A stretch of 63,157 bases of DNA from Candidatus Eiseniibacteriota bacterium. Its GTDB lineage: Bacteria; Joyebacterota; Joyebacteria; Joyebacterales; Joyebacteraceae. The stretch spans positions 1 to 63,157 of the forward strand of contig JAUWCJ010000003.1 of assembly GCA_030609365.1 (NCBI GenBank), read 5' to 3'. This document shows positions 1 through 7,909 of the stretch, piece after piece. The position numbers were made by a program, and so were the translations under genes. How positions within the stretch are numbered: position 1 is the first letter of the stretch; every line of letters starts with the position of its first letter. The notes under the pieces were generated by a model. It was given only the letters and a program-made list of their open reading frames with translations. It did not search any database and had not been told where the DNA came from.

Positions 1-1399
1 AATCGTCCGGCGTCGGAAGACCGAGTCGCCCGAAGATCGGATGCACCGTCGGGCCTACGTCCATCTCGTTTTCCGGCGAACCGGCCGGAGCGGCGTGATA
101 GGCGCTGCCAAGCTTGTCGATATCGTTGTCGTTCACGAGGCCGTTGTAACCCCAGACGCCCATTTCGGCGGCCACGTCACCGAGCCAGTAGTTCGTCGCG
201 AGGTCGCGAGCCGTCGTCGCAGCAGTACCGTAGTTCCGAGCGATGTCGTAGCAGAATGCCTGGTAGTAGTAGATGTTCCGATCCACTACTACGTCCGTCG
301 TGCTCGTGCCGGTCCCGTTGTACACGTCAGTGCCCGACAACTCACTGCCCGGGTAGAACGCGTCAACGTTCGGCCACGCTCCCTTGAACATCGCATAGAG
401 CGGATAGTCACCGGTGTTGTCGCCTCTCTGCACGACGACTCCCGACGGATAGAGGTCCGTGCCCATTGTCCACGACAGGTCGCACTTCTCGTGTCCCGGC
501 GCGGCGTCGAAGTCCGTGACCGCTGTTGGCGCCGTATTGTCCGCAATGATGGTGTCGGACGCCGCGACTGCCAGGTTCCCGATGGCGTCGGTCGCATTCA
601 CATGGACCGAGACCATGCCGTCCGCAGGGGAGCAGCTCGCCGACGCCACGTTCCAGACAGTCTCTCCCGTCACATCGTCGTAGCCTTCGGGGGTCGCGCT
701 CGCGTCGCCCCCCAGGCCGGAGAGGTCCGCAGTGATGTCAGACGCCCCGAGAGACGGGTCGTCGTCGAGCACAGTAGCTGTCAGCTGCACAGCATCCGTG
801 TTTTTGATGTAGTCGTCGGTGTCAACGAGTGTGTTGTTGTGAATCATGACGTTCGCGATGGTGGGTACCGAGACGTCGACGATCAGCAGACCGTCATCCT
901 CGGAGAAGCCGCCGAGGGGCGTGTTGTACTGGTCACGAACCTCCAGGATCTCAATGTCGATGTCGCTCGTTCCAAAGGCGAGGCCCGTGAAGTTGATCGT
1001 GAACAACGTTCCCGGACCTAGCGCGCCCGCGGTGCTTCCCAGGAGCGCACAATCGACGATGATCTCGTCACCGGTCCCGGGAGCCGCGTAGAAGAACGCG
1101 CCGCCGAGATCGGAGAGCAGGTTTCCTTCGTCGACGTCGTCCGTCGTCGTGCTCACGACCGAACTGTCCCACGAGAACTTGATCGAGTAGCCGAAGACCG
1201 CACCCTCACCGCCGCCGAGATAATTCACGGCAATCGTCTCCGTCACTGCCGCGGCCGTGAGGTACGCGGTGTCCGGATCGCACACGATGTTGCCTATTCT
1301 AGGATTCTCACCACTCACGCTGATCGTCGCTCCCCACGCGGACGTGACGAGTACGAGCAGTAGAGCGACGGCGATGATCGAAGTGGGATTGCCGTGCAT
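1..1399 (-). CDS. Secreted surface protein, 5' part only (C-terminus lies left of the window). Cohesin-like N-terminal module, Fn3/Ig-like middle, dockerin-like Asp/Asn repeat near the window edge.
   Basis: There is no stop inside the window, so it is absent from the ORF track. The minus-strand ATG is at 1399..1397 and the frame stays open to base 1 (in-frame Met codons re-checked at 847 and 64). MHGNPTSIIAVALLLVLVTSAWG is a signal peptide. GAVFGYSIKFSWDSSVV...GTLFTINFTGLAFGTSDIDI is a cohesin-like pattern. DNTAPTAVTDFDAAPGHEKCDLSWT is Fn3-like. GYNGLVNDNDIDKLG is dockerin-like. The plus ORF 41..1021 is its antisense shadow. Confidence 0.7.
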   Translation of the reverse strand, partial: MHGNPTSIIAVALLLVLVTSAWGATISVSGENPRIGNIVCDPDTAYLTAAAVTETIAVNYLGGGEGAVFGYSIKFSWDSSVVSTTTDDVDEGNLLSDLGGAFFYAAPGTGDEIIVDCALLGSTAGALGPGTLFTINFTGLAFGTSDIDIEILEVRDQYNTPLGGFSEDDGLLIVDVSVPTIANVMIHNNTLVDTDDYIKNTDAVQLTATVLDDDPSLGASDITADLSGLGGDASATPEGYDDVTGETVWNVASASCSPADGMVSVHVNATDAIGNLAVAASDTIIADNTAPTAVTDFDAAPGHEKCDLSWTMGTDLYPSGVVVQRGDNTGDYPLYAMFKGAWPNVDAFYPGSELSGTDVYNGTGTSTTDVVVDRNIYYYQAFCYDIARNYGTAATTARDLATNYWLGDVAAEMGVWGYNGLVNDNDIDKLGSAYHAAPAGSPENEMDVGPTVHPIFGRLGLPTPDD

Positions 1400-1548
1400 T
1401 CCCCGGTCCTCCGCTCTCGCAGGTCCATCCTTAAGCCCTGCTCGGACACGCGAGCACACCGCGGGCCTGACTCCCATCTCGTGCTTCCCTATGTTCCGCA
1501 CACACAGGAGTCACCGCCGCGTCTCATGACGCAGCGCTCATCTCTACT

Positions 1549-1828
1549 CGGGTGACTGGATCCCTGCGAATCCATCACCAGTCGCCCGGTTCGTATTGTC
1601 CGCAGATGTACCTGATCGTGCGCTTCACGCAGCACCTCACGAAGCTCTTCGGCCCCGCCCGAATGAGAAGCAGTCATGTGAGGTGTGCATATGCTATTGT
1701 ACCGCCACCCAGCCACTACGTCAACGACCAATCTTGACAATGGTAGTGAAAACGCGCAGTCATGTATCCGATTGACGGCATATACCGGCGGTTACGACAA
1801 GCCGGACACAATCACCGTAACTTGCCAT
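1549..1828 (-). repeat. Copy A of a conserved ~280-nt promoter/leader module (homologous to 11972..12254; core also at 3742..3840).
   Basis: By-eye alignment with copy B is colinear, with a constant offset of 10426 nt at three anchor points and 10423 nt at the distal hairpin. Shared blocks, written on the plus strand: CGGG(T/C)G(A/G)CTGGAT..ATCCATCACCAG(T/C)CGCCCG, TCCGCAGATGT, CACCTCACGA, CGAATGAGAA, GTCATGTGAGGT, TCTTGACAATGGTAG, CGCAGTCATG, CACCGTAACTTGCCAT. Confidence 0.6.
1696..1724 (-). promoter_or_regulatory. Sigma-70-type promoter for the 1..1399 gene.
   Basis: Minus strand reads TTGACG (1724..1719), a 17-nt spacer, then TACAAT (1701..1696). About 290 nt of structured leader lie before the ATG at 1399. 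Confidence 0.55.
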
Positions 1829-1981
1829 AGTGTGAGACATGTCCACTTGTCGCTGGAGAAGGCTTGCTTGGTGGGTTTCTCGATCCCTGGGGCAGCAAGC
1901 GGGCCTGCCTCAGCATGTGCTCTGGGGAGCATAGCCGGTGAGAGGCTCGCCAGCTTCCTGACAGCCTCCAGGAAGGCTCGT

Positions 1982-3604
1982 TTAGTGTGCGGAGCGGATG
2001 TAGACCATCTTGGTCGTGAGTGGTGGAACCTCACCAGTGACAATCACGAAGTAGATGCCTGACGGCACTCGCGCGCCACGTCGGGGCCACGAGACTGACA
2101 CGTGCCGCGCTGCGGCGTCACAGCTCCAGAGCACTCTACCACTTGTGTCGATGACATCGATCCTACGGTGAGGATTCCGATGGGGGAAGTCGGCGACGAC
2201 AGCAGCGGGGCCGATCGAAGGAGATGGGAAGACGGTGAGACTTCCCTGCTTCATGTCCGATGGTAACGCGTCGCCGCCGACCGATGTCGCATGTGCGATG
2301 CCGCACAGTTCATCCGCATGAGTAGCGAGTATCGCCAGAGTCGTGGAGTCGCTATCGTAGATGCTGTACCACCCCTGATGCTCATGAGGCGGGTCACCAA
2401 CCCACTGCTCTCCGGGACTCCAGTAGCCACCGAAGGGAGCGGATGGCCTCCCCTCGCCCGCCCAAGCCCAGACGTTGTCACCGCATGCCGGCCCACCGCC
2501 TTGCGCTGATGCCTCAATGAGGCCGTAGAGTGAAGATAGTAGTGAGTCCCGCCAGACCACGGACACGGATGGATCGTATGAACCCCCGTCCCTGGCGAGT
2601 CCGAACTCCTCGAGGACAAGCGGCTTGCCGAGGCCCCCGGCCTCACCAAGGTGCGCCGAGAGGTAGTCCTCTGCTGTTGCCAAGGCCAACGGGAACGTGC
2701 CCTCTGGGTTCGCCGGGTCGAACCATTCCCAGTTCTGCGGCCAGATGTGGATGGTCGTGTAGTCGATGTCCGGGCCGTCGTGATTGACAGTGAAGTCGAG
2801 CCCGTTCCAGGACGGCCACGGGGTATCGCCTTCGCAGCCGGTCGTCACCAGATGGTTGGGGTCGAGCGACTTGATGTAGGCCGCAGTGTCGTCCAGCCAC
2901 GTGTTGAACGCTGCCGCGTTGTTGTGGAACCCGCGCGGCTCGTTCGCCAGCTCCCACGCCATGATGGTCGGTTCGTCACTGTACAGCCGGCCGGTGTGGG
3001 AGTTGTATCGTCCCAGAAGAAACGCGATGTGGTCCCGGAGATCCTGCATCGCGTCCGCGTTGGAGTAGAAGTCCGACGCGTAGTCCTGGTAGACGTTCCA
3101 GTCACCGCCGGGCTCCGGCGGTGGATAGGGTATCGGACCACCGCCGTTCCAGTTGACGTATTGCGCCATTCCGCCGGACCACTGCCAGAAGTTCGTAAGG
3201 CAGGCGACCGCCCTCATCCCGCGTTGGTCCATTTCTCCGATCAGGTAGTCGAGGCCGTCGAGCACGTCGGCGTCGTACGTCCCGGGGCTTGTCTGCAGCG
3301 ATGGCACGATGCGCCAGGGCTCTGAGTCTGGTCCCTCGCTCCCCACCATGATACGGAGGTTCGTCACGCCGAGCGATCGCAACGCATCGAGCTCGCGGCA
3401 CAGCCGTTCACGATCTCCGCCGGCACCGCTCGAAGCCAGGTTCATGCCGTACCAGTAGTTGACGCCGGCGTAGAGGTAGCGCTGCCCGTTGAGTTCGAAC
3501 TCGAGTCCGCTGACCTCGTTGACCTCGACGAAACCAGTGTTCCGAGGTTGACACTCGTACCACGGGACAGCGAGGACCAGTATCAGGAGGATGACTAACC
3601 GCAT
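1982..3604 (-). CDS. Secreted glycoside hydrolase family 5 (probable endo-beta-1,4-mannanase) with a T9SS type-A-like C-terminal sorting domain.
   Basis: ORF 1982..3799 trimmed to the ATG at 3604 (AAGGAG upstream; MRLVILLILVLAVPW signal peptide). GH5 clan-A motifs: WELANEPRG (acid/base Glu) and PLVLEEFG (nucleophile Glu). FVEVN..FELNGQRYLYAGVNYWY resembles a GH5 mannanase N-terminus. The tail ..VPSGIYFVIVTGEVPPLTTKMVYIRSAH is sorting-domain-like. Confidence 0.75.
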   Translation of the reverse strand: MRLVILLILVLAVPWYECQPRNTGFVEVNEVSGLEFELNGQRYLYAGVNYWYGMNLASSGAGGDRERLCRELDALRSLGVTNLRIMVGSEGPDSEPWRIVPSLQTSPGTYDADVLDGLDYLIGEMDQRGMRAVACLTNFWQWSGGMAQYVNWNGGGPIPYPPPEPGGDWNVYQDYASDFYSNADAMQDLRDHIAFLLGRYNSHTGRLYSDEPTIMAWELANEPRGFHNNAAAFNTWLDDTAAYIKSLDPNHLVTTGCEGDTPWPSWNGLDFTVNHDGPDIDYTTIHIWPQNWEWFDPANPEGTFPLALATAEDYLSAHLGEAGGLGKPLVLEEFGLARDGGSYDPSVSVVWRDSLLSSLYGLIEASAQGGGPACGDNVWAWAGEGRPSAPFGGYWSPGEQWVGDPPHEHQGWYSIYDSDSTTLAILATHADELCGIAHATSVGGDALPSDMKQGSLTVFPSPSIGPAAVVADFPHRNPHRRIDVIDTSGRVLWSCDAAARHVSVSWPRRGARVPSGIYFVIVTGEVPPLTTKMVYIRSAH

Positions 3605-3741
3605 CCGTCCAGGCTCCTTTCCGCGACCCGCGCTCCCCGACCATAGCACCCGCCCCATCCACGACAGGTCGCGCTTCTCGTTCCCCGGCGCCGCCCCCGA
3701 GCGAGCCACGGCTGCCCCCACCGACTGATCAGCGATTGACG

Positions 3742-3840
3742 CGCAGTCGACATGTGAGGTGTACTTCCAGATTCTACAGCCATTCAGTCGCTGCCTCAAT
3801 GACGCATCTTGACAATAATGGCGACACGACGCAGTGTGGC
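3742..3840 (-). repeat. Copy C (core only) of the conserved promoter module.
   Basis: It shares CATGTGAGGTGT, the -10/-35 geometry, TCTTGACAAT exactly 7 nt beyond the -35, and a flanking CGCAGT motif with copies A and B. Confidence 0.5.
3771..3799 (-). promoter_or_regulatory. Sigma-70-type promoter for the GH5 gene.
   Basis: Minus strand reads TTGAGG (3799..3794), a 17-nt spacer, then TAGAAT (3776..3771). About 165 nt of leader lie before the ATG at 3604. Confidence 0.5.
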
Positions 3841-3890
3841 TTGCTCGGTCAGGAGGCTCGGGTCACATATCAGTTCCCCGATGGGCCCAC

Positions 3891-4057
3891 TTAGGCGCTC
3901 GGAGCAGATGCGGACCATCTTGGCACCGAGGCGGAGCCTCACCGGTGGCGATCACAAGGGAGACCCCGAAGGCAGATGCGACCGATTCGGGGCTGGAGCC
4001 GCACGAGGTCGGCCATCCGGGCGCGCCGCCGAAGCACAAGAGCACTATAGGCCACAA
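3891..4057 (-). pseudogene. Decayed relic of a T9SS-type C-terminal sorting domain (3' end of a lost secreted-protein gene).
   Basis: 3891..3985 aligns by eye with the last ~90 nt of the GH5 gene (1982..2070), including the TTA stop complement at the same relative position, at roughly 70 percent identity. It carries 1-nt and 2-nt indels that break the frame. The remnant translation is ..FGVSLVIATGEAPP.. versus GH5 ..SGIYFVIVTGEVPP... No catalytic part or start survives. Confidence 0.45.
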
Positions 4058-4374
4058 CTGACGCCATGCTCAGCAATGAAGTCGTTTCTGTCTTGCCAGG
4101 ACAGCTATTCTGTGGTAGGGTGGCGATACTAATAGGGAGTGCGTCTGAGAATCAGTCTGCGCGCGTTTCCGCATGAGGTTGCTCATGCGTCTGTTGTGCT
4201 ATCGCGCGAGCATCCAACTACCGGCGTATCTGCAATTGAGCCGTACCCGAGATCCATCGGTCCGAGGGGAGGTGATGCGACAGAGCACCACTGATGTCGC
4301 GTCCGCGTAACCAATCGCCATGCCAGCGGTCGATCGGCTGGTTCGGTGCCGCCTGTTGGAAACTGGAGGTCGTC

Positions 4375-5244
4375 ATGAGACGATTCCTATCGGTTTGTGT
4401 AATCCTTGTGCTCATGTTCCCGCTCACGTCTGCTGCTTCGATCCTTTGCACAGCGGACAGCGTTTCAGAGATGATGCTGTACGGGCTCTTGGTCACCCAT
4501 CCAGAGTTGCCTCCGAGTGGTGCTGCCTTCGCATACCTATACACTGCCGATGTCGACTGCGAGAGGCCGACCATGGTGTACTGCGTGGATGCGACAGTCC
4601 CCCTTTGTGTGGGTTGGGAGTATGAACAGGGTCCCGATCTTGAGGTGGGCGAACTGCTCTGGATTGTGAACAGCTACTTCCCCGACGTGCAGGAGATGCC
4701 CAGCGAGCTCGCCACCTATGACGAGCGGGCAGCGGCTGTGGCCATGGCCCTGTGGCACTTCAGCGACGGTCTTGACATTTCCGAACCCGGAAGCGGACTA
4801 CCACTGAATGTATTCGACGCGGCGCGGGCCATCATTGCTCTTGCCGAGGGCCAGACGGCAACCGTACCCCAGACCCCGACGTCTATTGGGTTCGCCACGG
4901 ATTGGAATCCCCCCGTGACGGTCACCGCGACGCTGTACGACCAGAACGGCCTGCCGATACCCAACGTGTTCATCAGCTGGGAAGTCACCAGCGGGAGCAG
5001 CGGAAGTAGCCCAACAAACGGGGACGGCCAGATCGTGATGTCCTGGTTCTGGGTCGAGGAAGACATCCTCACGCTCGACGTCGACTACGCCATCCCGGTC
5101 GGGCTGACGTGGAGTCTACCGGGTTGTCAGGACCTGATTCAGGCTGTGCCGGCCGATGGCCATCTCACGGCGACCTGGGACGAGGAGCCGGCTTCAAGCG
5201 CGGCTCCCACCACTTGGGGAAAGGTCAAGAATCTGTACCGGTGA
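4375..5244 (+). CDS. Secreted adhesin-like protein: thioester (TQXA/TED)-like domain followed by a bacterial Ig-like domain.
   Basis: ORF 4294..5244 trimmed to the ATG at 4375 (GGAGG upstream; MRRFLSVCVILVLMFPLTSAAS signal peptide). PTMVYCVDATVPL and ELLWIVNSYFP...AAAVAMALWHFSDGLD resemble the Cys motif and the TQxA(I/V)W block of thioester domains. VTVTATLYDQNGLPIPNVFISWEVTSG is Big_1-like. The protein ends in TTWGKVKNLYR. Confidence 0.5.
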   Translation: MRRFLSVCVILVLMFPLTSAASILCTADSVSEMMLYGLLVTHPELPPSGAAFAYLYTADVDCERPTMVYCVDATVPLCVGWEYEQGPDLEVGELLWIVNSYFPDVQEMPSELATYDERAAAVAMALWHFSDGLDISEPGSGLPLNVFDAARAIIALAEGQTATVPQTPTSIGFATDWNPPVTVTATLYDQNGLPIPNVFISWEVTSGSSGSSPTNGDGQIVMSWFWVEEDILTLDVDYAIPVGLTWSLPGCQDLIQAVPADGHLTATWDEEPASSAAPTTWGKVKNLYR

Positions 5245-5281
5245 AATCGGACGACCGCTTGTCGACTTGTCGACGGTCATG

Positions 5282-5311
5282 GGCGATCACCTCCTCCGGG
5301 GGGTGGTCGCC
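5282..5311 (+). terminator. Stem-loop downstream of the adhesin-like gene (possible intrinsic terminator in a convergent gap).
   Basis: GGCGATCACC-N10-GGTGGTCGCC forms 10 bp including one G-U pair, and is followed by GCATTTCC. The U-tract is weak. Confidence 0.35.
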
Positions 5312-5631
5312 GCATTTCCAGGGCTGGATGTTCACAACAGGGTGGTGGCAGGGACATGGCCGCTTAGAAGAAAGGCCTCCCCCACCGCTTGGTGTAGGAG
5401 GCTCGGGTCCGTAGACGTCGGACAATCTACTTCAAGAGGATAACCCTCTGCGTTCCGCGCGACACTCAGGCGTTGGCCTGCCAGATGGAGTGCTTGGTAC
5501 GGTCACTGGAAGACGGACCGCTGGAAGACGCCGGGGCAGACAAGGACGTGCCACGATCCTCCCATCCTCGCGCACAGAAGACGTCGAAGGCCGCAACCTC
5601 ATCGTCGGGAATCCGCACGGCTCCCCATCGA

Positions 5632-6210
5632 CTACCGCCCCTCGACCTCCACCATCGGCTCCGTCAGCACCTCGACCCCGAAGGCATCGACGAGGCTATC
5701 GACCTTGAGGAACAGGGTCTGATGGCCGCGTCTCCCGTTGCCCTCGAGGAGTACCTCGCCGTTCTCCACGACCTTCTCGCTGAGCATGCGACCGTCACTG
5801 TCCTGCAGGCGGCATCTCGGAGGCGCGCTGTCCGGGTCCGGCGTCCCTGACTCCGGCAGCGTGAATCGCACCGCCACACTCCAATTCGACCTGTTGGAGA
5901 CGACGCTGACCTCCGCGACATGTGCTTCCGGGGCTACTCCCACTGCCGGCGCCTCGTCGCCGCCTGTCCTGTATTCGGACTCGAAGGGACTGATGAGCTT
6001 GACCATAGTACGCTCTGGGATGGAAACGCCTATGCCGGTTGAAACCGGGACCTCTTCGGCCGACACGTCCATCGGACAGACAAGGAGCACGGCAGCGAAG
6101 GCAATCGAGGACATAGTAAGCCGGAGAGCGAACCGCGAAAGCGCCTGCTCCCCAGGCTGTGGCCGCGACCCCCTGTGCATGCGTAGCGCAACCACTCTCA
6201 TAAGAGCCAC
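5632..6210 (-). CDS. Small secreted beta-rich protein, last gene of the secretin operon (P5).
   Basis: GTG at 6210 with GGAGAAAGGG upstream; an alternative ATG is at 6114. The hydrophobic segment SSIAFAAVLLVCPMDVSA|EE follows an Arg-rich n-region. The motif AEVSVVSNRSNWSVAVRF resembles motifs in P1 and P2. I recognised no known family. Confidence 0.55.
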   Translation of the reverse strand: MALMRVVALRMHRGSRPQPGEQALSRFALRLTMSSIAFAAVLLVCPMDVSAEEVPVSTGIGVSIPERTMVKLISPFESEYRTGGDEAPAVGVAPEAHVAEVSVVSNRSNWSVAVRFTLPESGTPDPDSAPPRCRLQDSDGRMLSEKVVENGEVLLEGNGRRGHQTLFLKVDSLVDAFGVEVLTEPMVEVEGR

Positions 6211-6265
6211 CCCTTTCTCCCGGCCAGTCTTTCCCTCGGTCTCCCCGTCGCCGCGCTCCCGCGCG

Positions 6266-7909
6266 CTACTGGAGGAGCCCCGCCAGCTCGGACTGGTGAA
6301 TCACAATGTGTGGTGTAACAAGGATAACGAGCTCCTTCTGCTGCTTCTCAATGATTGTATGCCCGAACAGCGCTCCCAAGTAGGGGATGCTGCCCAGAAT
6401 CGGTATTCGGCTCTCTTTGGTCCTCTCTACTTCCGACAGAAGGCCCCCTATCACCACAGCCTCACCGTTGCCTACGCACGCTCGCGTCTCAACCTCCCGG
6501 ACGTTTGTCACCGGGAGATCGTTGGTGCCCGATGAGCGGACATCGCTCACTTCCACGAATACGTCCACTGTAATCTCGGACGATTCCCCTACGTACGGGG
6601 TGATCCGGAGCGTTATACCCGTGGCGATCGTCTGTAGCGTGTAGTAGGCGTAGCTCACCGAGCCACTGAGTAGCGAGTAGTACGCCTCGGTTCCCACGCG
6701 AATGCGCGCCTCGTGTCCGTCCAGCGTCGCGACCCTTGGGTTGGCCAGCACCTTGGCTACGCCACCCGCCTCAAGGGCTCTTACGGCAAGGGTGACGTCG
6801 GTTACGGAACCGAGACCCACGCCCGATTTGACTAGCTTCGCAATGAACGAGGAATCCGCAAGCGCCGGCACCAGCTTGGCCAACCGGAACGTGCCACCAT
6901 CTCCGTCGCTGCCGAGGATCTCCCAGTCTATCCCCCACTCTCTTAACAGCTCATTGTTCAGTTCGACAACAAGGGCCTCGATCACAACCTGGCGAGCGGG
7001 CAGGTCGATGGCCGCGAGGTGTTCCAAGAACGCGCTCAGAATGCCAGGTGGTCCGGTGACCGTCAGGGCGTTCCCGCCGTCAGGGTCCTTGCGCACATAC
7101 TGGCCGTACGATTCCGGGAGCAGGTCAAGCACGCTGCCTGCAAGGAGGTGCTTGGGCCGTACTTCGACCGTTTCCACTGTGAGCATCGACCCGGGGTCGC
7201 GTTCGTCGTCCACTGCGCCGATGAGGTAGTAGCCGTCCATCCACCGATATCCCAGGCCCAGAGGCACTGTCAATCGGTCCAAGCACTCCTCGAGCGGGAG
7301 ATCGTGGAACTCCGCAGTGACCAGCCCGCGGACACTCCTCGTGACCAATATGGGGACCCCTGTCTGGGCTGAAACGTCCAGCACCACCTGCTGGATGCCG
7401 GTCTCGTAGAACAGGTTCGTGACCCGCGCCCCCACGGGGGGACCGCCCCCGCTCATCTCGGCCAGCCAGTCCGGCGCTAAGCTAGCCGGTGCGTCGACCG
7501 CGACGCGCGGGGATTTCGGCGCATACGTGTCGGCGATAGCTCCAAGTTCCGCGCGCTCCGGAAGAACTGCCCACTCCCTCGGGTAGTACTTCCGGAGCAG
7601 GTGGAAGCTCAGGGCCGCCTTGTCCGTGTTCCCCGCGCCCAGCTCGGCGCGGCCGAGCAGGTAGAGAACGTCAGGCATGACCCTGTAGGAGGTGTTGCTC
7701 CCTAGAATCCCGCGCAGCAGCCTAGAAGCCTCCGCATAGTCACCGTCGCGGAATACCGACGCTGCCGTCGCCAGATTTTCCTCGACGGTCTCGCGCTCCC
7801 CCAGAACACCGTCAGCCGTCTGGAACGACTGCTGAGAGGCGCAGCCGCTCAGAATGAGCACAGCGACCAGCGCAGAGGTGAGGCTAAGCCATGCACGAAC
7901 GTTACTCAT
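6266..7909 (-). CDS. Outer-membrane secretin lipoprotein with a fused N-terminal TPR (pilotin/BamD-YbgF-like) and STN-like domains (P4).
   Basis: Lipobox LILSGC. TPR-like: FRDGDYAEASRLL...LYLLGRAELGAGNTDKAALSFHLLRKYYPRE. STN-like: GIQQVVLDVSAQTGVPILV..LEECLDRLTVPLGLGYRWMDGYYLIG. Secretin core: ANPRVATLDGHEARIRVG, AVVIGGLL, RIPILGSIPYLGALFG, ELVILVTPHIV. Its ATG overlaps the P3 stop (ATGA at 7906..7909). Confidence 0.85.
   Translation of the reverse strand: MSNVRAWLSLTSALVAVLILSGCASQQSFQTADGVLGERETVEENLATAASVFRDGDYAEASRLLRGILGSNTSYRVMPDVLYLLGRAELGAGNTDKAALSFHLLRKYYPREWAVLPERAELGAIADTYAPKSPRVAVDAPASLAPDWLAEMSGGGPPVGARVTNLFYETGIQQVVLDVSAQTGVPILVTRSVRGLVTAEFHDLPLEECLDRLTVPLGLGYRWMDGYYLIGAVDDERDPGSMLTVETVEVRPKHLLAGSVLDLLPESYGQYVRKDPDGGNALTVTGPPGILSAFLEHLAAIDLPARQVVIEALVVELNNELLREWGIDWEILGSDGDGGTFRLAKLVPALADSSFIAKLVKSGVGLGSVTDVTLAVRALEAGGVAKVLANPRVATLDGHEARIRVGTEAYYSLLSGSVSYAYYTLQTIATGITLRITPYVGESSEITVDVFVEVSDVRSSGTNDLPVTNVREVETRACVGNGEAVVIGGLLSEVERTKESRIPILGSIPYLGALFGHTIIEKQQKELVILVTPHIVIHQSELAGLLQ

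Noticed and set aside
1400-1690. The leader as a known riboswitch (c-di-GMP-I/II, TPP, cobalamin, guanidine and others).
   Set aside because: I could not find the diagnostic conserved cores of these classes by eye. This is unverified without an Rfam/Infernal scan, so it is reported only as an unknown structured leader.
1732-1765. The consensus TTGACA on the plus strand inside the conserved module (also at 12160 and 3809) as a divergent plus-strand promoter or small-RNA gene.
   Set aside because: There is no acceptable -10 at 16-19 nt in any copy (CAGTCA/CAGTGT). In copy B the plus-strand direction runs straight into the 3' end of preA. The minus-strand -35/-10 pairs, in contrast, are good in all three copies. 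I kept it as a possible upstream regulator site instead.
3605-3799. N-terminal extensions of many track ORFs taken at face value. Examples are 1982..3799, 10665..11807, 17042..18052, 36729..42170, 44393..47209, 50896..52134 and 56068..58320.
   Set aside because: The extensions lack signal-peptide or family features, overlap upstream genes or promoters, and are followed by internal ATG/GTG codons with Shine-Dalgarno motifs and proper N-termini. The starts were trimmed accordingly. Some remain uncertain, notably 21881..24331, 30082..31113 and 58224..59435.
6266-7909. The secretin as a stray component of a type IV pilus, T2SS or competence system encoded in this window.
   Set aside because: No pilM/N/O/P, pilB/T, gspE/F, pilin or prepilin-peptidase-like ORF is present anywhere in the 63 kb. 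Its operon partners are all signal-peptide proteins of unknown family. Partners elsewhere in the genome cannot be excluded.
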